In this document: one piece after another, positions 30,572-40,078 of the stretch
Layout: each line of letters begins with the position of its first letter
Position numbering within the stretch: position 1 is the stretch's first letter
Origin: Candidatus Hadarchaeota archaeon
Lineage (GTDB): Archaea > CAYQAE01 > CAYVLA01
Assembly: GCA_964621445.1 (NCBI GenBank)
Contig: CAZUNO010000023.1
Location: 1 to 46,140, forward strand
Length of the DNA: 46,140 bases
Direction of reading: 5' to 3'
Notes under the pieces: model-generated
What the model saw: only the letters and a program-made list of their open reading frames with translations
Told to the model about the DNA's origin: nothing
The model's database searches: none
Translations under genes and position numbers: made by a program

Positions 30572-33500
30572 TTGGAAGGGATACCCCGCATAACCCCCAT
30601 CATACTGATGGTATTGCTCATCACTTGCGCTCCGCTTGAAGTCATCAACGCTCCTAACCCTCCTCAGCCCCCGCCAGTTGCTCAGAGCGGTCCTTTACAC
30701 CGTACAGCCCTAAGTGGCTTGATCTTCCGTCTACTGAACGCAACCACGGACTGGACGGATGACGACATGGACGGCCTTCCCAACACGGTGGAGGCGGTCA
30801 TCGGGACCAATCCCAATAACACCGACTCCGATTTCGACGGTTTGAACGATACCTACGAGGGTAATCATGATCTTGATCCCCTTGTAGCCGACTCTAACTA
30901 CGATGGCCTCCCCGACTATTACGAGGTTACTAACCTGATATCCACCGACCTTGATGGCGATGGGGTGCACAATGCCTGGGACGCCGATAATGACGGGGAC
31001 GGGATTTCGGATAGAACCGACCTATCACCCTCCTCCAGAACCGATATCACGGACCTGGTCAATATCGACCTGAGAACCGGTGGTCACCTGACCTACGTGA
31101 CCTTCCAGCTTGTCCCTGAAAACCCGGAGCACCTCAAGCTCCTGGACCGGCAATGGGATTGGCCCCTCGATAATGAGGCCATGATGAAGGACCTGGACGA
31201 TTCCAGGGAGGACCTCCAGGTGGTACCCATGCTTAACCTAACCCTGGATGTATCTCTGGATCAGACCGACCTCCGGGATTATGGAGCCATCGCCACTTCA
31301 AACGGGGTCATGCTTCCACTCTACCCAGTTGGGGAGCTAGGGACAGTAGCCGCAATGGGCGGGAAGCTATCCTATCCTGGTTCCGTCGAGCCCGACGCTC
31401 TTATTGAAGCCGGTTTGATCTGGAGGGTTCTGGGCCAAACCGATCAGGAGGCCGTGGCCCTGAAAGCCGAAAATGGCCTCTATGTTACGGTAAGAGACGA
31501 TGGCCGTGCAGTGGCTTCCAAGGAACAGCCCAATGCCTCGGAGACCTTCGGCTGGCTGGAGATCGATAATGAGTTATTTCTTAAATCACATAATGGCCTG
31601 TTTCTTGCATCTTCGCCAGATGGGCTCATGGTAGCCAATGGAACAAACCAGGGAGTTAACACCTCCCTTACACTGACCGAGGTGACAGGGGGAGTGGTTT
31701 TTTCCACATCCGGGGGAGGCTATGTATCGTTGGCAGAGAACGGTTACCTAGTAGCCAATGCTAGCAGGGCGAACGCCTCCACCTTCCAAATAGTTGATAT
31801 GGGATATTCCTCGGAAACCATCAATCTGGGTACATACAGTGAGGACTTCATGCTCACCGGCCTGAGACTTGAGGAGAACCACGGGACGGATGTATCCGTT
31901 TTCTATGACAACAATTTCAACAGCACCCTGGCCGCCAATTTCGTGCTCGTCTACGAGTTCCTCAGGAATTCAACTAGCACGGTCTACGATATGGAGGAAG
32001 TCCTGGGAACATACGATTTACACGTGAACCAAAGCAAGGCTACCTTTGACACCCGGGACGAGGCCATGGCCTCCCTGGCGGGTGAAATAATACCAGACGC
32101 CCTGCGATCTCTACCAAACGGTTCGGTGCTTCCCCTTATCACCGCGGTTGAGGATCGCTCCTCGATACTGGATCTGGTCGATCTCTCTCCAGGCACACCT
32201 ATTGCCGGGAATGATATTATCGCTGACCTGGTGTACGAACCCGTCGCCGTTAGCAAGACCGTGAAGAGTGACTGGTACAACGTGACCGTCCAAAGTGCCC
32301 TATCCGTGGAGCAAATAACAGACCGCATCATCGCCCTTGGAATGGACGACAACGTCACCATGGACCTCATCTGTCTCACAACAGCCTGGAATACGGGAGA
32401 ACAGACCCTGGCCAGGATAGGTTCCCAGGAGACGGCATTCGATCAGTCCGACCTCCAGATGTTGCCGGACCTGGTGGATGACATCGCCACATATGGGATG
32501 GAAGGCATCGCCATTCTGCACGAGAGCATCGGCTCCGTGGAGAACGTCCTTCACTCCTACAGGTTCATACAGGCAATCAAGCTTCTTAGGAGCCTTAAAA
32601 AGGCCGGTTTTAGCATTAGCGTCAAGGGCTCCAGAGCATGGACCAAAATGCTAACAAGTACCTACAAGCAGGTAACCAAGAGCTCCTCCAAATTCTGGAA
32701 GAGCTGGGAGAGGCTCGGAAAGGCCCTGGAGGCCATCGCCATCCTCCTGGATCTTGGATTCGCCATCTATGAGGTAATAACCATCGTCTATGGAAGCGAC
32801 CTGAATCCTCAGCAAACCTATATGGCGCTCCAGATGACCTTCATGAACCTGATCTACGCCATGAGTCTGATCATGATCGGGGCCATCCCACTCGTTGGTT
32901 GGCTGATCTCACTTTCAATAGCCATATCAGACCTCATCGGCGAATGGTCCGAGAAGCTTTTCACCTGGTTCGTAGACCTGTTCACGGACGTGACCAATCA
33001 GGTCACCCCCGACATCCAGATGGTCGGTGACCCCTCGATAGACGTCGACGATAAGGATCGAAACGGGATCGACGTAGGCGACAGGATCACATTCCGAACC
33101 CGGTTGAAGGCCAACATGAGCTGTAATGACTATAGCCTTCTTTGGAGGAGCGCCCTCTATCCCTACGTCAAACTGACCGGCCCGGCGGGGTCAAACTCCA
33201 CTACCGGGTACGTCTACCCACCCAGATCCTTGAACTATGAGATGCTTCCCGTCCCCCCGAGGTCGACCTGGACCATTTTTAGCGGAAGCTCTGGCAATTT
33301 GAGGTACAAGGGCCAGACATACGAGTCCGGGGCCTGGATCGAGCCGGGGATCGGAATGCCCAACTTCCCGGTAACCGTGGAGCTTGAGACGTACTACGAG
33401 CTCTGGTACGAGTGGAGGTACTTCGTCTTCCTGGTATTCTACTGGTTCTGGCAGTACCACGACGATTGGGAGGAGGGAATAGCGAGCCTTGGGACATTCA

Positions 33501-36500
33501 CGATCCCGTTCGACATCATGCCCGGCACCATCGAGGACTTCGTCACCTGGAGCAGGATCACACCACTGGATCGGGACGGAGACGGCCTGGAGGACGATGA
33601 GGAGACCACCACGGACCCGTGGCGCTATGACTCCGACGGCGATGGATTAAATGACAAGTTCGAGATTGATACGGGGACCGACCCCAATAACCCGGATACG
33701 GATTCCGACGGGCTCCTTGACAGGTATGAGCTGGTCCGGGGAACCAACCCAACAAGTGCGGATACCGATGGAGATAACCTAACCGATTACGTGGAGGAGG
33801 CGGGATGGGTAATATCCTTCGAGTATTGCGATCAGCCATTTAGGATGAGGGTTCATTCCAACCCTCTGATCCCCGACACCGATGGAGACGGGGTAGTTGA
33901 CGAGATGGAATACTATAGTGACCTAAATCCCTCCTCGCCAGATACCGACGGGGATGGCTCCGGGGATGTGGCGGACCCCAAATGGATCGAAAAGCGGCTC
34001 TATTCCCAGGAAAAGTGGTCGGTGGCCCCAGAGATCGTGAACCTCGATGTTGCCTCAAATGATACATTCTACACCGCCGCCCTGGAAGAGGGAGTTCTAA
34101 TCTATAGTAATGGGTCCATCACCGGCCACTGGGAACCGTCATCTCATTCCATCTCATCGGCCGGGGATATTGCCATAAGTGACGGGCTGTTCTGGGTGGC
34201 CGATGTCGGTAGCAACGATATTCGTTGTTACAATCCAAATGGGACCCTGAACCGGTCATGGGGGGCCGATCAAAGGCCCGCCGCATTGACCGTGGATGAT
34301 GTTGGTGACATACACATTGCGCGCTCGGGCCCCGGTTACGCCTACATCCAGACCTATGACCCCAACGGCACTCGCCTTGACCAGTGGGGAAGCCTCGGTC
34401 CGCTGCCGCAGGGCCTCAATAACTTGACCGGGCTGGCAGCGGATCCGGGTCGAAACCGTGTATACATCGCCGATGGGGGAAACGGTAGCGGACGCTGGGG
34501 GCGTATCGCGGAATTCACTCTTGATGGTACCTATTTATCCGATCTCTCAGGCACAGCCGATCCACGCGACGTGGCAATTTCCCCCACAGGCATATTCGCG
34601 GCCGATCCAGGAAACTCCAGCATCCTAATGTATCATTCCAACGGCACTCTGCTCGAATCATGGACCGATTACGATAACGGGAACTCCAGCCTCCAAAATC
34701 CTATTGCTATAGCGATGTTTGAAAACCTACTATTTGTTCTAGATCGTAATCCGGGATTAACAGAGGTAATAGTACTTGAGATACGGGACATCTATACCCG
34801 CCCGGAAACCGTGGATGGCGTAGATGATCTCGACGAGGATGGTCTAGAGGATGTACAGGAGATAGCCGGATGGCAAATCACGATCGATGGTCCAGGGGGA
34901 AATCAAACCAGGTACGTGAACAGCGATCCCATGCTCGTGGATACGGATTTCGATGGCCTAACGGACTACGAGGAATTCAACCTAACGACCGACCCCAGAA
35001 ACCCGGACACCGATGACGATGGACTGCAGGATAGCGTCGAGATGTCGCGATACGGCACCAATCCCCTTGATTTCGACACCGACGATGACGACGTGGATGA
35101 TGGTATGGAGATCGCTCTGGGAAGTGACCCCAGGAAGCCGGACACCGATGACGATGGCCTCTCCGATCATGAGGAACTAAACCTCGGCACCAACCCATGC
35201 AAACCGGATACGGATGGGGATGGATTAAGCGATTACCATGAGATGGTCATGAACACCGATCCCTTCGATCCCGATTCCGATGGTGATGGTATCTTCGACG
35301 GACTGGAGCGAGATCTGGGGACTAATCCCTTGGAAAAGGACAGCGACGGGGACGGCATCAACGATAATGTGGAGATCGAGCTCAAAACCGACCCCACAAA
35401 TGAGGATACCGATGGGGATAACCTGACCGACGGATTCGAAAGAAGAATCCGGCTAGATCCACTTTCCATTGACACCGATGGAGATGGACTCTCGGATTGG
35501 CAGGAGCTGGCCCTTGGGACCGATCCCCTACGGGAGGATACCGACGGGGACGGCATACCGGACGGCGCTGACAAGGATTCACTCCGACCCCATGTCAGGC
35601 AGATAGTACTTAGCTACGATCAGACTCCCGAAAACCAGGACTTTGTTGATGCTTTAGAGGCCTACGTTAATGTGACCCAGGTATCGACCCAGGAGCTTCT
35701 GACCAGCTACAGCGGGGCCCCCTATATAGTTCTAGTGGGGGATCCAGGGGGAAACGGGTCCATTGGAAACCTCGTGGGAGAGCTGCTTCACGATGCAGGA
35801 GACGTGCTCGATGAAATGCTTGCATCCAGCGCCAACCGGCTCGCGGTGAGATACGGAACCTGGAACCAGCCCCAGACGGTTGTGCTTCTATCCCAACCCC
35901 GAACCTCCGACCACCTTCTGGTACTGGATGCGCTAAGGGAAAAAACGGTGATCATCTCCAATAGCTCGGTTACCATGGAATTCAACCGCAGCCTGTGGAT
36001 AGAATATGACCTGAATGAGACCACCCTATCATACCAGTTCATGAACACCGAGGGCATAGATACCACCAAGATCACCGATTCCATAGCTCTAATCGCCCTG
36101 GGCGAGGGGGAGAAACCCGGGATAGTGATCACCAAATACGATTCCACCACCACTCCTCGACAACTAACCAGGGGATGGGGACTATCAAGATTGGAAGAAA
36201 CTATCGGCAAGTACCTTAATTTCTCCCTCATGGAAAGCGAATACATCGAGGGCGCATCCATAACCCTGTACTATACCGAGGATGACCTAGACCGTACCGG
36301 AGATGGGGATTCCGATGATAGGGATGACCTGGATGAGCACACCCTAAGCCTTTACCACCTTGATGAACGGACCGGCAGGTGGTCGAAAATTGATCCCTCG
36401 AAGGACTGGGTTTTCGACACCGGGGTGAACACTACCGACTGTCTACTCTATGGTGAAGATTACGCTGGATATGTCTGGGCGGACGTGACCAAGCTTTCGC

Positions 36501-37432
36501 TCTTCGGCCTGGCCGCTCTACCCCAGAACCTCCGTCCTCACCCGATTTTGGATCTTAAAACAACCGCCACCGAGGGAGATTCAATCACCATGAACGCATC
36601 CCAATCCTGGGACCCCGACGGGGCCATAATCTCTTATAGCTGGAACTTTGGCGATGGAATGACCGCGACGGGAAAGACCATTGAGCATGTATATATGGAC
36701 GATGGAAAGTACACGGTGCGACTCACGGTCGAGGATAGCGGAGGGTCCATCGGAACCGCAACCAAGCGCGTAACCGTGCTCAACGCCGACCCCGTGGTTG
36801 ACGCGGGGCCAGACATCAAATCCATCACCCATGATGAGGTCTCCTTCAACGGGTCTGTATGGGATGCGGGTGAGCTGGATACGCACGAGTTTACCTGGAA
36901 TTTTGGTGACGGTGAAACGGCAACCGGGTGCCTGGAGACCGAGCACATCTACGAATCCCCCGGGAACTACACCGTCAGTCTCCTTGTAATGGATGATGAC
37001 GGGGGGTGTGGCGAGGACACAATGGTGGTCCAGGTTAGGGAGCCCCAAGGGATCATCGATGAGATGGAAGCAATAATACTGGGTCTCGATGAAGAGGCCT
37101 TCAAGATACCCGACCTTGAGAAATTCTACAAAAAGCACTACCTGATGTCTCTGGAAGGAATAAAATCGGACATTCAATCGGAAAGATACGCTCAGGCCAT
37201 AACCTCCCTAAATCAAAGTCTCAGAAGCACCATGGACGGCCAGTTGGATAATGCCAGTGAAAAGAAGGATGACTGGATAGTCGATGGCCAGATACAAGGG
37301 GAACTCGTTTCGTTGATCGATGAACTGGTTTCCAATCTTGTCGGTCTTAATGGAGGTCTTCCCGAGGAAGGTTACCAAGAACATCCGCTGAGAAGATCTA
37401 GATACGAGTCATGGAATGGAATGCCTGCTTGA
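30572..37432 (+). CDS. Giant secreted multidomain protein with Ca-binding DxDxDG (TSP3-like) repeats, fascin-like beta-trefoil, hydrophobic helical region, NHL-like propeller and two PKD domains
   Basis: Signal peptide; three clusters of D[TS]DGDGL-x-D..E...GT[ND]P repeats; ALKAENGLYV and LKSHNGLFL; YIADGG and AADPGNS; SWDPDG..SYSWNFGDG and FTWNFGDG. Confidence 0.85.
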   Translation: MEGIPRITPIILMVLLITCAPLEVINAPNPPQPPPVAQSGPLHRTALSGLIFRLLNATTDWTDDDMDGLPNTVEAVIGTNPNNTDSDFDGLNDTYEGNHDLDPLVADSNYDGLPDYYEVTNLISTDLDGDGVHNAWDADNDGDGISDRTDLSPSSRTDITDLVNIDLRTGGHLTYVTFQLVPENPEHLKLLDRQWDWPLDNEAMMKDLDDSREDLQVVPMLNLTLDVSLDQTDLRDYGAIATSNGVMLPLYPVGELGTVAAMGGKLSYPGSVEPDALIEAGLIWRVLGQTDQEAVALKAENGLYVTVRDDGRAVASKEQPNASETFGWLEIDNELFLKSHNGLFLASSPDGLMVANGTNQGVNTSLTLTEVTGGVVFSTSGGGYVSLAENGYLVANASRANASTFQIVDMGYSSETINLGTYSEDFMLTGLRLEENHGTDVSVFYDNNFNSTLAANFVLVYEFLRNSTSTVYDMEEVLGTYDLHVNQSKATFDTRDEAMASLAGEIIPDALRSLPNGSVLPLITAVEDRSSILDLVDLSPGTPIAGNDIIADLVYEPVAVSKTVKSDWYNVTVQSALSVEQITDRIIALGMDDNVTMDLICLTTAWNTGEQTLARIGSQETAFDQSDLQMLPDLVDDIATYGMEGIAILHESIGSVENVLHSYRFIQAIKLLRSLKKAGFSISVKGSRAWTKMLTSTYKQVTKSSSKFWKSWERLGKALEAIAILLDLGFAIYEVITIVYGSDLNPQQTYMALQMTFMNLIYAMSLIMIGAIPLVGWLISLSIAISDLIGEWSEKLFTWFVDLFTDVTNQVTPDIQMVGDPSIDVDDKDRNGIDVGDRITFRTRLKANMSCNDYSLLWRSALYPYVKLTGPAGSNSTTGYVYPPRSLNYEMLPVPPRSTWTIFSGSSGNLRYKGQTYESGAWIEPGIGMPNFPVTVELETYYELWYEWRYFVFLVFYWFWQYHDDWEEGIASLGTFTIPFDIMPGTIEDFVTWSRITPLDRDGDGLEDDEETTTDPWRYDSDGDGLNDKFEIDTGTDPNNPDTDSDGLLDRYELVRGTNPTSADTDGDNLTDYVEEAGWVISFEYCDQPFRMRVHSNPLIPDTDGDGVVDEMEYYSDLNPSSPDTDGDGSGDVADPKWIEKRLYSQEKWSVAPEIVNLDVASNDTFYTAALEEGVLIYSNGSITGHWEPSSHSISSAGDIAISDGLFWVADVGSNDIRCYNPNGTLNRSWGADQRPAALTVDDVGDIHIARSGPGYAYIQTYDPNGTRLDQWGSLGPLPQGLNNLTGLAADPGRNRVYIADGGNGSGRWGRIAEFTLDGTYLSDLSGTADPRDVAISPTGIFAADPGNSSILMYHSNGTLLESWTDYDNGNSSLQNPIAIAMFENLLFVLDRNPGLTEVIVLEIRDIYTRPETVDGVDDLDEDGLEDVQEIAGWQITIDGPGGNQTRYVNSDPMLVDTDFDGLTDYEEFNLTTDPRNPDTDDDGLQDSVEMSRYGTNPLDFDTDDDDVDDGMEIALGSDPRKPDTDDDGLSDHEELNLGTNPCKPDTDGDGLSDYHEMVMNTDPFDPDSDGDGIFDGLERDLGTNPLEKDSDGDGINDNVEIELKTDPTNEDTDGDNLTDGFERRIRLDPLSIDTDGDGLSDWQELALGTDPLREDTDGDGIPDGADKDSLRPHVRQIVLSYDQTPENQDFVDALEAYVNVTQVSTQELLTSYSGAPYIVLVGDPGGNGSIGNLVGELLHDAGDVLDEMLASSANRLAVRYGTWNQPQTVVLLSQPRTSDHLLVLDALREKTVIISNSSVTMEFNRSLWIEYDLNETTLSYQFMNTEGIDTTKITDSIALIALGEGEKPGIVITKYDSTTTPRQLTRGWGLSRLEETIGKYLNFSLMESEYIEGASITLYYTEDDLDRTGDGDSDDRDDLDEHTLSLYHLDERTGRWSKIDPSKDWVFDTGVNTTDCLLYGEDYAGYVWADVTKLSLFGLAALPQNLRPHPILDLKTTATEGDSITMNASQSWDPDGAIISYSWNFGDGMTATGKTIEHVYMDDGKYTVRLTVEDSGGSIGTATKRVTVLNADPVVDAGPDIKSITHDEVSFNGSVWDAGELDTHEFTWNFGDGETATGCLETEHIYESPGNYTVSLLVMDDDGGCGEDTMVVQVREPQGIIDEMEAIILGLDEEAFKIPDLEKFYKKHYLMSLEGIKSDIQSERYAQAITSLNQSLRSTMDGQLDNASEKKDDWIVDGQIQGELVSLIDELVSNLVGLNGGLPEEGYQEHPLRRSRYESWNGMPA

Positions 37433-37767
37433 TATCGATTGCAGAATCGCCCATTAAGATAAAGACTGGTTGAAAAGGGAGGGAGCGACCCTATCAAATT
37501 CAGAGGAATTTCTTTTCGCTCGGGGGCCTCCTGTTTCCCAACTGAAAGGTTAGTCGTCTGCCCGGCCCTTAACCTTCCTAGCCGGCCAGTCCTGCTTCGA
37601 GAGCGGGTTTGACTTCCGTCAAGGTTGATGGACAATGATGCACAACCACGCCCTGGAAAAAACCGGCGAGCAGGAAAATTTTTTAGAGTCATATTGTTTG
37701 CCCCTCCGGGTGCTCTCATTAGGATCCACACGCCTAGCTTTCTTGGTTTTGCCGACATGACCATCTT

Positions 37768-39180
37768 TTGTCTTCTTTTGGGCGTTCGAGCGGACCCCGG
37801 TGTCCCCGGAATGCCTTACAGGAAGCCAGCAAAAATAGGCGATGGGCATCCTTTGCGATTCTGGTATTGGCCACCTGGGCCTTTCTCTCCCTGTCCCCCA
37901 ACTCAACCGGGTTGAACCTTGAGGAACTGCCCATCGACGGGACCACCCTCACCGTCTCGGCCAACTCGACTCTGATGATCGGTGGCGGCGAGTCCGCATA
38001 CCTCAACGGGACCGTCCTTGTCCAAGGGGATAAATCCGAGCCGGTTGTCCTAAGCATCCGGAACCTAGGTAACCTCACCATCGGCAATGGGGTGATCAGA
38101 TGTGTCAATGCCAGCCTCCATCTTAACAATAGCGGCTTGGTCAGGGGCGGGTCCCTAATTCTGGAGTCCCTTTCAGGGGCCAATCTCACCGTGGAAAATC
38201 CCGAGACGATCTCCCTGCGGAGGATCGAGTATTTCTGTCACCAAGGGAGTACGATGCTCTTCAATGATGAAGAGGACTCCGTAACCACCTTCGGCACCTG
38301 GCAGATCAACAACGAAGGAAACATGGAGATCGGGGCCTGGGGTCGTTGGGAGGGCGATTCGTTTTTAGCAAGCGTTTCCAATGATGAGGGGTTGGAAATG
38401 CTCCTGGCAGGAGTCTTCGACCTAGGCACCATCAAACTCGCTGGGGGTGACCACCTTTCCATCATGGGCGACGGAAACGCCTCTCTGGGGAAGATGGAAT
38501 GGCGTGGGACGGGCAGTCTGCAAAATGATGGATCTCTGAAGGTGAACGAGCTCTTCGCCACTGACCGAACCGAAATCCTCAATGACGGATCTCTCCAAAT
38601 CGAGCAAATGCGGCTCTACGGCGGCACAACCGACGACGTCCTCCTAAGCAATCGAGGCAATCTCTCAGTGGAGGCTGCAGACATCAATATCTTCTCTCCC
38701 GGGACCTCGAGCCTGATTACCCTCGATTGCGGGGGCATGACACGCCTACAGAACCTGGAAATTTTATGCAACGTCCCTTTGCCACCAGGCGGAACGGCGG
38801 AGTATTTCGGCTTGATCAACCTGTCCTGCCCTTCGAGGGGTGTTCTCGAAATCGGAAACTTGAAAGCCGGGACGGCGGGACCCGGCCGGGTCCAGCTCAC
38901 CCTAGGCTGCGATGCCTACGTCAATTCTGCCTTTGTCCAGGGCGACACCGATATCATTTGTAAAGGCATGGCGGAGTTCGGCAAGCTCTCTGCACCGGGC
39001 GACAAGGGCCCTCTCGAGCTGTCGGAAGGCGAGTCACTGATCATCGAGGAGGTGGAGCTCGTGGTCCTGTCCGGATCCCTTCGTATCCCCGAGGCCATCT
39101 TCCCTCCCGCCACGTTGCGGTGGGTCGCAGTGGGCGGTATCATAATACTCCTTTCCAGAGAGGAAAGCCAAGGTGGTTAA
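37768..39180 (+). CDS. Secreted beta-helix-like surface protein with IPE plus TM tail
   Basis: Hydrophobic N-terminus, repeated N-x-G-x-L strands, C-terminal RIPEAIF...WVAVGGIIILLSR. Confidence 0.65.
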   Translation: MSSFGRSSGPRCPRNALQEASKNRRWASFAILVLATWAFLSLSPNSTGLNLEELPIDGTTLTVSANSTLMIGGGESAYLNGTVLVQGDKSEPVVLSIRNLGNLTIGNGVIRCVNASLHLNNSGLVRGGSLILESLSGANLTVENPETISLRRIEYFCHQGSTMLFNDEEDSVTTFGTWQINNEGNMEIGAWGRWEGDSFLASVSNDEGLEMLLAGVFDLGTIKLAGGDHLSIMGDGNASLGKMEWRGTGSLQNDGSLKVNELFATDRTEILNDGSLQIEQMRLYGGTTDDVLLSNRGNLSVEAADINIFSPGTSSLITLDCGGMTRLQNLEILCNVPLPPGGTAEYFGLINLSCPSRGVLEIGNLKAGTAGPGRVQLTLGCDAYVNSAFVQGDTDIICKGMAEFGKLSAPGDKGPLELSEGESLIIEEVELVVLSGSLRIPEAIFPPATLRWVAVGGIIILLSREESQGG

Positions 39181-39356
39181 CCCAGTAACATCGCTTGTGG
39201 AAAGGTACGGAAAAGAGACCACGTGTTAAGAATGTCTTTACGCTCTAAAATTTCAGAGCGAACGAGGTATGTGAAGCGAGCATAGCTTAAACAAACGGCC
39301 AGGAACACTGAGAGCGGTCTAAGACACCGGCACAACCGAAAAGCAGGAGGCGGCAA

Positions 39357-39928
39357 CCCAGACGGTGGTTCTTCTTTTCCAACCGCATCCCTCCGACCAC
39401 CTTCTGGTACTGGATGCGCTAAGGGAAAAAAACGGTGATCATCTCCAATAGCTCGGTTACCATGGAATTCAACCGCAGCCTGTGGATAGAATATGACCTG
39501 AATGAGACCACCCTATCATACCAGTTCATGAACACCGAGGGCATAGATACCACCAAGATCACCGATTCCATAGCTCTAATCGCCCTGGGCGAGGGGGAGA
39601 AACCCGGGATAGTGATCACCAAATACGATTCCACCACCACTCCTCGACAACTAACTAGGGGGTGGGGACTATCAAGGTTAGAAGAAACTACCGGCAAGTA
39701 CCTTAACTTCTCGCTTATGCAGAGCGGCGAGGACACAATGGTGGTCCAGGTTAGGGAGTCCCATGGGATCATCGATGAGATGGAGGCAATAATACTGGGT
39801 CTCGATGAAGAGGCATTCAAGATACCCGACCTCGAGAAATTCTACAAAAAGCACTACCTGAGAAATATCAGGAGGACCCGATAAAGAAATCTAGATACGA
39901 GTCATGGAATGGTATGCCTGCTTGATAT
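39357..39928 (+). pseudogene. Deleted and degenerate copy of the 3' part of the 2286-aa gene
   Basis: Matches about 35871-36238, 37010-37145 and 37370-37435. Positions 39390-39655 are identical to 35904-36168 except for one extra A in an A-run. Confidence 0.9.
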
Positions 39929-40078
39929 GGATCCCGGATATCGTCCACTATCCCGACAGTTTTCCTTATCCAACCCCCACCTGACCAGGCGGAGAGATGT
40001 TTAATACGAGAACCAAGACGAAAGACTCTTCAACGGGTATACTCCCTGAAAAGGGTATTATCTCAGGAGGAAGCGACC

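Noticed and set aside
34820-35580. CRISPR-like or tandem DNA repeat
   Set aside because: The periodicity is protein-level (DTDGDG repeats) with degenerate codons inside a CDS, and there are no cas genes.
35904-39928. Diversity-generating retroelement TR/VR pair
   Set aside because: No reverse transcriptase in the window. The core is identical, and flank differences are not confined to adenines and include large deletions.
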